Positions 50,646 to 61,599 of a stretch of 64,000 nucleotides of DNA are shown in pieces. The stretch's first letter is position 1. Each line of letters begins with the position of its first letter. Under the pieces are notes generated by a model. It was not told the DNA's origin, made no database searches, and saw nothing but the letters and a program-made list of their open reading frames with translations. Origin of the DNA: Hemiscyllium ocellatum (taxonomy: Eukaryota). Location of the stretch: assembly GCF_020745735.1 (NCBI RefSeq), contig NC_083418.1, positions 49,617,776 to 49,681,775 on the forward strand, read 5' to 3'. The translations under genes were made by a program, and so were the position numbers.

Positions 50646-51699
50646 ATATCGCTTGTAATAAACTGTGTCAATTTTACCCGATCTGTGCTTGTGTGGTCTC
50701 TGTTCAATTGGGCTCAATTCTCTGACAAGTCTTGATAGGCTGTCCATGGAATTCCAGATGGAAAGGGACATGGTGCTCTGGGAGAGAAGGGAAACCTGAT
50801 GATCATAGGGAATCCTGTGCCACGTATGACCTGCATTGCCATCCATGATCTCTGGATTCCCAGATGTGACCTACAGTGGGAAATGGTTGTGGCTGCACCT
50901 ACAGTGGACAGTCATTGTTTGTTATCTGTCCAAAAGCGCAGACTCTGTTTCTGAGCAATGGGAGGCCCTTCAATGGGTAATTGCATCAACCATGTACCTA
51001 TGAAGTGCTGGTTGTAGTCATTTACAATCATAGCGTCATGCATGTGAAATGCACGCAGCGTACCGCTGTGTGCGGCGCAAATACTGGTCCCAAAGAATCT
51101 TGACCATGTTACTGGTCCTTGTAGACTGAAGGTAAACATCTCTGTGAAACCAAAATAATTCCAGGTGACCTCAAAAGAGACTGTTGTGGGCCAAAGAACA
51201 CAAAACCATAGCAAGACCTCAGAGGTTGCACAGGGAAAGGAACTGAATCCATCTCAATTTGAATTGTAAGTAGAATGCAACTGGCTGTTATATGCTATGA
51301 TGTTTTTAATCCGTGATGTAGGACTGGGAGGAGAAAGGTTCTGTCCTCATGTCACCCTTTTAATCTGTAATTTTATGATATAGTCAGAGATGAATTAATC
51401 AGAATGAGACCTTAATGTGAGTAATTCCTTGTCAGAATGTTCCACATCGCACTGTAAGGAGGAGTATATCATTTGTGAGTGATGTGAATGTTGACAGTTT
51501 ACATAACTAAGGATCTGTTCTACTTCTCCAGCTCCCCACACAGATTCACTGGCAGCATAACTGATGGACTGAGCCACAGCAGAGGTTTCATCACTGTTGC
51601 TGCAGTGCAAAGAAGGTACAGAGAAATGGAGGAGGAACAGATGTATCATGAAACCCAGGACCAACAGCATCCTCCAGCCTTCACAAGAACAGGTCACAG

Positions 51700-52145
51700 C
51701 TGAAGGGTCCCTCAGAATACAGAGGAGTTACCGGAGGCCCAGAGCTAATTATTCTCAAGGCCATTTCCTCCAGATAAGCAAGTTAAAGTGTTGGCACAGA
51801 CTAACCATTTCCCAGGTCACTGCCAAAGATTTATGGCTACTACAGAACTGGGACCTTTAACCTGACAGAATGGGTGACAATCAAGGTGTAAGCTGTGTTG
51901 CACTTTTATGTGACTGTCTCCTTCCAAGGAACCACTGAGGTCCTGTTGGATCTCTCAACCATCCAATCAGGAATTTATTAAGGCTGTTACCAAAGCTATT
52001 TGTGCCAGATTGCGCTGTTTCATCACATATCCTTATGATGAGGTCAGTGCTGCAGCCTGGGCAGTAGGATTTAGCAACATGGCTGGCTTTGCTCAGATGC
52101 AAAGTGCATTTGGCTGTACATACATCATACTGACAGAGCCATGCC
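51700..52145 (+). mobile_element. PIF/Harbinger transposase (HARBI1-like) remnant
   Basis: IKV*AVLHFYVTVSFQGT.. then, after a frameshift, ISQPSNQEFIKAVTKAICAR..FITYP.DE......GFSNMAGFAQMQSAFGCTYI, matching Harbinger VKVTAALNFYATGSFQ..GISQ...FP..AGFP.VQGAIDCTHV. Confidence 0.72.
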
Positions 52146-52859
52146 ATAACATGGTTAAGGTCATTCAGAATTGAAAAGCATGAAGCTTACAGCCTTCAGA
52201 ATCGGAAATCTTGGGGAACAAAATTCCTGGTCAGGAAATCATTCTTGGGTTGCTGTCATCACGGGAGGGGCTTTCCGTGGAAAAGCTGCTTGTAACTATA
52301 GTAAAGAAGGGCCAAAATGATGATCAGCAGTAACCTTGTGAAATGAGACTGGAGTAAAGGCAACAACTGCAGAGGAATCAATTTACCCAGAAAAGTATTT
52401 ATGACATGCAGAAAGAACCGATACCTTGAGAAGATACTGCATGAAGAACCCACCACCCATTTTTTAAAAATATCTCAGTGGCCCATATGGAGCAACCTTC
52501 TTGAGCATGCTCCACCAGCTATCTTCTGAATGGAGGAATGGGAGACACAGGTGGTCACTGCAAGTTCCTTTCACAGATGTCATCTGTCAAATGGCAGATT
52601 TTCAATTAAGGTGGGGGTGGTAGCTAAATTGTTTCAATACAAGTCAGATCCTCCGTTCAATCAAGCTGCAGTGCTGGAGCTCCAGTTCAAATCCCTTCTG
52701 CATTTGTGGAGAGGGACAAACAAGATGGCACCTTACTGAGTGTTCTCTCTGCAGACAATATCAGGGACTAAACACTTTAAACTCAACAACTAAAGAAGAT
52801 ATTCTTGGCTCCAGGGATTCACTAAATTCATAAATAATCACTCTAATGCAATGCACAGG

Positions 52860-53200
52860 GAGGCAATGTGTATTATTGCTAGACCATTAATTCTAGGTTT
52901 GAATTCTGCCATGATAGATATTGGAATTTAAATTTAAAAATCTGGAATTAGGAATCTAACAATGACCAATAAACCACTGTTTGCTGTCAGAAAAACCCAA
53001 CTACTTCATTAATACTGTCTAGGGAAGGAAATCTGTGTCCCTACTTAGTATGGCTGACATATGACTCCAGACTCTCTGCAATGTGGTTGACTCTTAACCA
53101 CTCTCTGAGATGGCCTAGCAAGCTATTACTACAAAATTTCAAACAGGAAATGAAACTGGGCAGAGCACCTGGTATCAATCCAGGTACTGGATTGGTGAGG
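52860..53200 (+). mobile_element. Old shark SINE (family name not assigned)
   Basis: GGAAGGAAATCTG..ATGACTCCAGAC..GCAATGTGGTTGACTCTTAAC core; a second diverged copy lies at 55395-55740. Confidence 0.6.
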
Positions 53201-53439
53201 GTAATGTTCCATTTGTCCTTACTAAACTCTTTCAACACAAGTCAGATCCCCTGTGCAACCAAGCTGCATTGTTGGAGCTCCAGTACAAATCGCTTCTGCA
53301 TTTGTGGAGAATATTCAAATGTTCCAGATTGTTGACCTCCACTGCTGGCTATGAGGTCTCCAGTTTAGCTCCTCCAGGAAAGAAGGGGTGCATCTTCCAT
53401 TTCTTGATCCTTCAGAATCCTGCTACTGATCACCATAAA

Positions 53440-54595
53440 GGAACCATAGACCAAGTATCCTAAATGCTTCCTTAACCACTTTATTTACCTGTCTGTTACC
53501 TTAAGGGACCGATGTACATGCAGATCAAGGTCCCTCTGATTTTCTGTGTTTGCCAGGATCCTGCTGTTTGTCATGTATTGCCTTGCTTTCTTTGCACTGT
53601 CCAAGTGAGTGACTTCACATTTATCTGGACTGAATTCCATTTGAAACTGGAAAATCTCAGCAGGTCTGGCAGCATCTGTAAGGAGAGAAAAGAGCTGACG
53701 TTTCAAATCTAACTGACGCTTTGTCAAAGCTTTGACAAAGGGTCAGTAAGACTCGAAATGTCAGCTCTTTTCTCTCCTTACAGATGCTACCAGACCTGCT
53801 GAGATTTTCCAGCATTTTCTCTTTTGGTTTCAGATTCCTGCATCCGCAGTAATTTGCTTTTCTCCATTTGAAATTGACCAGTCCACCTATATCCTCCTTT
53901 ACTGAGGCAATCCTCCTCACTATTTATCATCTCAACTATGTTTGCTTCATCTGTGAATGGACTGATCAACTCTCCTATCTTCAAGTCTAAATTGTTATAG
54001 ATACTACATACAGCAAGGACCCCAACACTAATCTCTGCAGAATCTCGCTGGACACATAGGCTTCCAATCACAAAAACACCCCTTCACCATCACCATCCGC
54101 CTCCTGCCACTCAGCCAATTCTGGATCCAATGTGCCAAATTTCTTTGGCACCAATGACCCCTTACCTTAATTATCAATCTTCAATGTGGACCCTTATCAA
54201 AAGCTTTGTTGAAGTCCAATTAGACTATGTTGAATGAATTGCCCTCAACCTCACACTTTATCACCTCTTCGAAAATTGAATGAAGTTGGTCAGCTATAAC
54301 CAGTCCTTAACAGAATCATGACTGTCCTTGATTAATCTCTGACTCTCCAAGTGCAGATTAATTCTGCTCTTTGGAATTGCTTCCAAAAGTTTCCTTGCCA
54401 CAGAGGTGAGACTGACTATCTTGCAGATTTCTGGATGAGATCCTGTTATCTTCCTGAGTAATGGTATCACCCTGGCTGTCCTCCTGACCTCTGGCACCTT
54501 TCCGTAGCTAGAAAGAAAGGGAAAATTATTGCCAGCACCCCTACTATTTCCTCATTTGCCGCACTCAACAGTCCAGGATACATTTCATCCAACAA
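53440..54595 (-). mobile_element. Old CR1 RT fragment interrupted by a Penelope insert
   Basis: ORF 54294..54497(-) ..IVSLTSVARKLLEAI..QRLIKDS and 53485..53727(-) QMEFSPDKCEVTH. Confidence 0.75.
53647..53862. mobile_element. Penelope fold-back insertion of a second family, spacer-less centre at 53729/53730
   Basis: CTTTGTCAAAG|CTTTGACAAAG centre, ~83-bp arms, TSD TCCATTTGAAA at 53636-53646 and 53863-53873. Confidence 0.82.
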
Positions 54596-54599
54596 TACA

Positions 54600-55200
54600 A
54601 AAGCACCGTTGTGCTACTGAGACTTTATAAAGCTCTGGTTAGGCCCCATTTGGAGTAATGTGTCCAGTTTTGGTCCCCACACCTCAGGAAGGACATACTG
54701 GCACTGGAACGTGTCCAGCGGAGATTCACACGGATGATCCCTGGAATGGTTGGTCTAACATACGGGGAACGGCTGAGGATCCTGGGATTGTATTCATTGG
54801 AGTTTAGAAGGTTGAGGGGAGACTTAATAGAAACTTACAAGATAATACATGGCTTGGAAAGGGTGGACGCTAGGAATTTTTTTCCGCTAGGCGAGGAGAC
54901 TAGGACCCTTGGACACAGCCTTAAAATTAGAGGGGGTCAATTCAGAACAGAAATGCGGAGACATTTCTTCAGCCAGAGAGTGGTGGGCCTGTGGAATTCA
55001 TTGCCGCAGAGTGCAGTGGAGGCCGGGACGCTAAATGTCTTCAAGGCAGAGGTTGATAGATTCTTGATGTCACGAGGAATTAAGGGGTACGGGGAGAATG
55101 CGGGTAAGTGGAGTTGAAATGCCCATCAGCCATGATTGAATGGCGGAGTGGACTCGATGGGCCGAATGGCCTTACTTCCACTCCTATGTCTTATGGTCTA
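54600..55200 (+). mobile_element. Young 5'-truncated CR1 with intact ORF2 C-terminus and 3' UTR
   Basis: 127-aa open stretch ..LRILGLYSLEFRRLRGDLIETYKI..FSQRVVGLWNSLP..; tail GGCCGAATGGCCTTACTTCCACTCCTATGTCTTATGGTCT. Confidence 0.92.
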
Positions 55201-55394
55201 ACCCTGGAGACCTATCTATTTTTAACACTGCCGGACACTTAGAACCACCTTTCTGGCTATGCTAATTTCTTCAAGTATATCACAGTCCTTCTCCCTGATT
55301 TCTATAGTCGCATTGTTCCTTTACTGAACACCGCTACAAATTTCCTCTGTCCTCTGTCTTTATGTCCTCTGTCTTTATATACAAGTTTGACGAT

Positions 55395-55740
55395 GGCCTA
55401 GTGATAATATTAGTGGATTGGTAATCCAGAGATCCAGATAATGTTCTGAAGACTTGCTTTGAACCATGTCACAGCAGATAATGGAATTTCAATTCAATGC
55501 GAAAAATCTGAAATTACAAGTCTAATGATGATGATGAATCCAATGTCGGAAAACCAACCTTGTTCACTAATGTCCTTGAGGGAAAGAAACTGCTATCATT
55601 ATCTGGTCTTGCTTATGTGCGACTAGAGACCCACAGCAATGTGGTTGACTCTTTACTGCCCTCTGGGCAATTAGGGGTGGGTAATAAATGTTCCCTATCC
55701 AGTAATGCCCTCATCCAGTGAATGAATAAAGAAAACCACT
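55395..55740 (+). mobile_element. Old shark SINE (same family as 52860-53200)
   Basis: Shared GACCCACAGCAATGTGGTTGACTCTT core, plus an AATTAGGG..GGGTAATAAATG tail. Confidence 0.6.
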
Positions 55741-56159
55741 GTGGTCTTTAAAAGGCTGTAATCTTTTCCTAGGTACATTTTTATCCTTTATGCACAATAA
55801 ATAATTTAGGATTTTCCTTTATTTTACCATTATTCTTTCATGTCCCCTTTTTTTGCTCTCCTAATTTCCTTTTAAAATTTCTCCTTGCACATTCTGTTCT
55901 CTTGGAAGATTTCTGTTCTTTTGAGCTCTCAGTATCAGCCATTAACCTTCCTTTTTCTCTTTATCTAATCCTGTATATAAGGATATGTGCACAATCTATC
56001 CAGACAGTATTACAAACTCATCTTGAACATGAGGACTTTCAAGGATATAGGCATCATGGTAGCTCCCAGATTACTGAATGTAAACTTCTAACAAGTTGAA
56101 TTGATGATCACAGAACACACTCACATTGAAAGAATGGGACCCCTTTCCATGAAGAAACT

Positions 56160-56930
56160 TAGGAGAAAGTGATGACTGCAGATGCTGGAGAGTCGGAGTC
56201 AAAAAGTATGGTGCTGGAAAAGCACAGCAGGTCAGGCAGCATCTAAGGAGTAGGAGAGTTGATGTTTCAGGTATAAGCTCTTCATCAGGAAAGTGGAGGG
56301 GGAAGGGGGCTGAGAGTTAAATAGGAGTGGCGGGGGTTGGCTGGGTGGGGTAGGTTGGTGAGAGGTAATGGTGATAGGTCTGTGGGGAGGTGGAGTGGAT
56401 AGGTGGGAAGGAAGTTGGGCAGGTAGGACAGGTCAAAAGAGCGGTGCAAAGTTGGAGGTTGGATCTGAGATGAGGTAGTGGGGGGAGATTTGGAAACTGG
56501 TGAAGTCGATGTTGATGCTGTGTGGTTGGAGTGTCCCGAGGTGGAAGATGAGGTGGTCTTCCTCCAGTCATCAACAGCTTGGATATGGCAGTTGTGGCCC
56601 AGGACTTGAAGTAGTAGTTGAAGTGGTTGACCTCAGGGCGGTGGGGGTGTTTAGTACATGTGTCCCAACTATAGTCCCTGAACCACTCTGTGAATTGGCA
56701 TCACCTCTCCGATGTAGAGGTGACCACATCAAGAGCAACAAATGCAGTAGATGAGGTGGAGAGATGCGTAGGAAAATCTCTACTGGCTTTGAAATGATCC
56801 TTTCAGGCCTTGGAATTGAGATGAAGGATGGGGGGTGCGGGCGTAGGTCTGACATCTCAAGGGAAGATGGAGGACGTGGACCTAACAAGATGTAAGATGG
56901 CAACGTCAGTCCCTGAAACATCTCTATCGA
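56160..56930 (-). mobile_element. Penelope-like element 3' part (GIY-YIG remnant and terminal repeat)
   Basis: Minus strand near 56700-56760 reads ..IYCICCS*CGHLYIGE (GIY-YIG motif). Terminus GGAGAAAGTGATGACTGCAGATGCTGG at 56162. Confidence 0.75.
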
Positions 56931-57075
56931 TTAAATAAACTTAAAACAATACACATATTCTCCAAGAATGTGTTGGCGATTGACTGATTACAAACCAATA
57001 ACTAAACGTCCTTGCTTTAGCCACCGATACTGAACAGAATTGAAATGGTCAGTCGTGTTTATTAGAGAAAAGTAT

Positions 57076-57101
57076 CACGTGATGGAAAATCGAAAGTGAA
57101 A
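57076..57101 (+). promoter_or_regulatory. E-box (CACGTG) next to a tandem IRF-E/ISRE-like site (GAAAATCGAAAGTGAAA); CCAAT at 56995
   Basis: Motifs lie 22-47 bp upstream of the NCR3LG1-like ATG, in a locally CpG-richer stretch. Motif match only. Confidence 0.4.
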
Positions 57102-57122
57102 TTATCTTTCATCTTTTGCGAA

Positions 57123-57231
57123 ATGGTTGTGCAAATGTCTGCCGAAAAGTCTTTCCAATTGAGGGTTAAGGCTTCTGCTCAGGGTCTCCTGCTGTATGCT
57201 CTGCTCTCCTTGTGGTCTCACTGTGCAGCAG
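57123..57231 (+). CDS. NCR3LG1: NCR3LG1/B7-H6-like gene, coding exon 1 (signal peptide); alternative in-frame ATG at 57135
   Basis: MVVQMSAEKSFQLRVKASAQGLLLYALLSLWSHCAA G|gtaaga. Hydrophobic core and a phase-1 donor compatible with the IgV exon. Confidence 0.8.
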
Positions 57232-57754
57232 GTAAGAAGCTGGTCCGCATGTACTGAACTCTCCCTCCCCGCCGCTGGCACTGACAGGGAAAAATATCTT
57301 GGAAAAACTCGACTCAAAATGCAGTCCCGAGTCTCCCGAACTATTACAAGTTTCTAACAAACCCATAACTATTATGTTTTAAACAATTTTAGAATCTTTG
57401 TGTCTTTTGTGGGGGGTTGGATTTAGTTCCTGTAAATTATTACCGTGAGTGTCTTTTAGTTTCTAAGCATGTATTTTAGAAAATACAGCCACACCCATTA
57501 CCCAGGCCGAACGCATTTCTGATTAAAACAAATTGCGTTTAATTTTAGTTTGTTTAATTCTCTAATCCCGGAGTTCTTTAGCCTTTTAATACGTGTGTAC
57601 ATTTAACATGGACAAATAGAAAGATTAATTTCGATCAATTATAGAGTCCGATAGCATGGAAACAAACCCTTTAAATTCTGTATTTTGAGTTTCTTCAATT
57701 CCTTTTATTTCTAGTTCTGACAATTGAATGTCATTAATTACTCTCTTTATCTAG

Positions 57755-58087
57755 GAGCCTTGGATGTGACCATATTTCCAAACCAAACACGGGTCATCAT
57801 GAAAAAAGATTTTATCCTGAAATGCAAATTTACTGGTTATCATAACCTCAGCCGGACAAATGTTGGGGTCCAGTGGCTTGGACCCTTACAAAAGGAGATC
57901 TACACCTTTGATGCAGGCAAGCATGTTCCAAAGAGACAAGGAGTAAAGCTGTCTGAAGCTGACTTATTGAAAGGAGATGCTTCCCTTTTCCTTCCAAATG
58001 TACAGATTGATGATGAAGGGAAATACACTTGTATTGTATTTGTCACACCTGAGAAGGGTGAAAAGAGTTCACACCTGCTAGTTTTAG
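57755..58087 (+). CDS. NCR3LG1: NCR3LG1/B7-H6-like gene, IgV exon (333 nt, phase 1-1)
   Basis: ctctttatctag|GA GCC...TTA G|gtaaga. Canonical IgV C(LKC)-W(VQW)-C(YTC). KGDASLFLPNVQIDDEGKYTCIVFVTPEK matches human B7-H6 (recalled) [29 protein letters not shown]. Sequons NQT and NLS. No IgC exon found in the window. Confidence 0.88.
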
Positions 58088-58169
58088 GTAAGATACTTAA
58101 ATTGCTACCTGTTGTTGTGTTGGGAAATGCCAAGTTAGAAGTGTAAAGCAAAATGTTAATGATGGTGGT

Positions 58170-58349
58170 TCTTTGAAGTGGAGATTTAGCAGGATGATGC
58201 CAAGGCTGATGAGTTTTAGTTATGAAGATAGATTGAATAAACTGAGGTTGTTTTTCTTGGAGCAGAAGAGACTGGGTGGGGGAACATGATTGAGATGTAC
58301 AAAATTATGAGGACCAACTCAGGGTAGATGAGAAGAAACTTTCCCCCTT
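58170..58349 (+). mobile_element. CR1 3' fragment, left half (split by ERV; continues at 63688-63960)
   Basis: ...GAGAAGAAACTTTCCCCCTT joins GGTGAAGGAGTCAATGACC... after the ERV, restoring the CR1 sequence. Confidence 0.8.
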
Positions 58350-59060
58350 TGTTGTGAGTACAACACCACAAATTACCTTTAATTCAGCTACTTAGTAAGA
58401 AATCTCTGAGACAATCAGGTACTGAAACAATGTTTTAAACTTTATTGCAAAAGATCCCTCAGCTAAGCAAGTTAAACCTCACTATTCAACTTGGCTATTG
58501 TCCGATTAACGGTGGAACTTGGTCATGATTGCACAGTGTCTGTCTCTGGAAGTGTCCAGGGTTCAATCCTTATGCTGTGTTCTTCTTCAAAGTTCTGCTG
58601 AAGGGGGTGGTCTGGTGTTCGATTCTTAGACAGAGTTTCATCCCATGCATGATAATATTAATATTTTTAAGTCATCTTATCCAACTTACTGCAAGTCTGC
58701 AGCTTGCTTCCTGAACAGAAATAGCTTCATTGCTCCTTGTTACATTTAGCCTTAACTGTTTATTTGAAGTCACAACTCTCCCACAGTTAACTCTTAAAAT
58801 TCTTCTGCGGGGCAATCAGTTGTCCTTGTGGCATAATGCAGTCAGTTATCCAGCAGATTTCAAAGCCGTTTTGTTCATGTGGTTTCACTCCCTCTTTTCC
58901 CAGGAATAGCTAATTGTTTTCAATTCCTATATACTTCTGCCATTTTCTTTCATAGTTTATTCCAGAGTTATTGCTGCTGCTTTCTGTGTCTAACAGTTTG
59001 TTTTATTGATTGCTTCATTCCAGGAATAGTTATTAAAGTTCTGACCTTTATGATATCACA
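58350..59060 (-). repeat. 3' LTR of the ERV
   Basis: Homologous to 62962-63687 (about 70-75% by eye). Minus-strand start TGTGATATC. Confidence 0.9.
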
Positions 59061-59075
59061 GTCCCTCCTCTATTT
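59061..59075 (-). other. Polypurine tract
   Basis: Minus strand AAATAGAGGAGGGAC directly abuts the 3' LTR. Confidence 0.85.
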
Positions 59076-59199
59076 ATTATTTTTAATATGATGAACAAAC
59101 AGAAGTTGGCCATTTCCCAACATATTGGTTCATATCCAAGCTGATTTGCTATATCATGCACAATTTAAAAATGTACCATTTCATTATGCAGTGTAGATA

Positions 59200-60900
59200 C
59201 ATGTAAACCAATAATCAATTAATGAATTACAAAATAATGATCAGTAAATGAATTGCAAGAGGAGTAAGCATGCACAAAGAAATAAAATTACACAAAACAA
59301 AAATAAAACTGCTTTATGCATCACCCATTGCAGCTTACCATTGTCATGTCTTCACAGGACTACAACAAAATGTGAAATAATATGAACCCACACCGCTATT
59401 CCAAATGTTATCCCACCAAGAGTGTTTCTTAAGGTTTTTAATATCTGTCCTGATTCTCTGACTATTTGGCTGCACCTTATCCGGTAATTTGTGTGCCTTT
59501 CTGAAAATCCCTTTTATTTCTTTCATATTTCCCTTAGAGAAAGGTGACATTATATCTCATATTTTTGTCAGTAGGGCCGAACCATTTCTCTAGCTGAATC
59601 AGTCACATCAAACATCACACTTTCTCTTTCTGATGTTCACCAATACCATTGTTCCTATCCACTTGAGCATTTGCGGGTAAATGTAAAGTGTTGAATCTGT
59701 GATGGGACAAGTTGTGATAATGATATTCCTTTAAAGATGTTGTGATATAATACTCTCGGTTGCATTTCCAGCTCTGATTATGTTGTCTCAAGCGATGCTT
59801 GAAATTTTGCAAGTACAGTTAATTTTTCATTTTCACTGGACTCAAAACCACATGTGGCTTGTCCAGTTCTATAGATTGGATAAGGACGAACAATAGCTTT
59901 ATCAGTCTGTTGGCATTCATTATGTGCTGTGCCTACGAGTCTTTTTCTACCACATAAGGTGTAGATTCTCCATAACTGTCATCCAGATGGTGATTTGGAT
60001 CCCTCCAATATTTTGTACTGTTGTAGCATTTAATGGTTTGTCATTCTTAGATATAACAGGTATCCCTAACTCAAGACTTATTCTGTTCCCTCCCATACAC
60101 GAATCATTATTCCATACTATTGTTAATCTCCTTAGCTCACAGATAGAGATTTTACTTAATGTTCCTATCCCATCAGCTAATTTCCTTAATTTAGTGTTGT
60201 CAGCCTATGTAAGAACTTCTGTCAGTTTAATTTGATTTACATTTTCTCTCTATTGATTGAACATCCAATTGCTGTATATACTACACAAAATTACATTTAT
60301 TTGATGTTGACCGCTCTTTCCTGCTTCCTTATTAGTTTGTTAATTGCGCTGGTGAGTGATTCTAAAATGTCACCAATATGAAATGTATCACTGTTCATGG
60401 TGTCCCCCGCCTGACTGCTAACTTTAGTGTTATCATTCACCACACCCAGTATACCTTTTTAACTTGAGAAATTAATTGATTTAATTGATCACTTATAACT
60501 CTCATGTCCAGACCATTAAATGTCTGCAAGCATCTTCTATCAAACTTTTGCACTTGCTGTTTTTTTCCTTGGATTGTGTAACCTTCTTGATTAAACAACC
60601 TCTTGACCAATCCACTATAAATGTCAGGTAAAGGTATTGGACATCAAGATGGTACCTGAATACCTAAGAGATTTAGAATAACTGGTACTAATTCATAATG
60701 GCATTTTCATAGCACACTTTGCACATACTTTACATAACCATCTGGCCTCTGGGTCCTGCTTTTCTTACAGGACATAATCCAAGGTTTTTGGCCATTTCCG
60801 ATGTTAGGGCAAGTGTGATCTGAAGTTCTTTGTAAATCGTCAGCACAAATGAATTTGACTTTCATATCGCATATAAAATTAACGGAACTGTGGGCAGAGG
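59200..60900 (-). pseudogene. env-like glycoprotein remnant
   Basis: Frame-broken pieces: HYELVPVILNLLGIQVPS*CP; NGLDMRVISDQLNQLISQVKK (heptad-like); NWMFNQ.RENVNQIK; SLELGIPVISK..VQNIGG; CGF; HSWWDNIWN; hydrophobic VLFLFCVILFLCACLLLLQFIY just before the PPT. Confidence 0.65.
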
Positions 60901-61180
60901 CATCTTCCCATGCTGTCGTCTGCACATTATTGGTGTTTGGTTACGTGTACACACCATGTCCACTTGTACTCAGCACTGGATCCTGACTGCTGACTCCATA
61001 TTTCACTTGCAAAGGCCCAGCAATTCCAAAATCAGCTTCGTAATTTATCTAAAGCTCAAAAACAAAACAGCAAGGTAGTTTCTGCTCTTATTTACAATTT
61101 CTCAGTTCACACAGATCCTGAAGTTGAATTTTGTTCTTCAAATATTTGTACTCGTCACTATTGTTTCTTGTGAAATAGAA

Positions 61181-61530
61181 GGTATGGTGGCTCATTGATT
61201 AGTACTGCTGCTCACAGCACCAGGTATCTGGGTTTGATTCCAGCCTCGGGTGGCTGTCTGTGTGGAGTTTGCACATTATCCGCATCTCTGTGTGTGTTCC
61301 CTCTGAATGCTCTGGTTTCTTTCCATAATCCAAAAATGTGCAGGTTTGGTGAATTGTCCATGCTAAATTGCCCATAGTGCTCAGGGATGTGTAGGATAGG
61401 TGCATTTGTCAGGGGATATATAAAGTACTAGGGAAGGGGCATGGGTCTGGGTGGGTTACATTTCAAGGATTGGTGTGGACCTTTTGGGCTAAATGGCCTT
61501 TTTCTACACTGTAGGGATTGTATAAAATTC
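61181..61530 (+). mobile_element. HE1-type SINE nested in the ERV
   Basis: GGTGGCTCATTGATTAGTACTGCTGCTCACAG...GGTTTGATTCC...CATGCTAAATTGCCC. Confidence 0.88.
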
Positions 61531-61599
61531 TATTTAAAAAGTCTATGCAGACACTTTGACCAATTATTATGCTCTCACTCTCCTCTCTAGAGTTCATCA

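Noticed and set aside
56890-56925. MHC-type X1/X2 box (ATGGCAACGTCA)
   Set aside because: No correctly spaced Y box (ATTGG), and it lies at the edge of a Penelope remnant.
60860-60925. Integrase C-terminal motif (W.DALP..L.AIR) in the ERV
   Set aside because: Requires a frameshift, no DDE core is visible, and it could equally be env leader; pol is treated as deleted.
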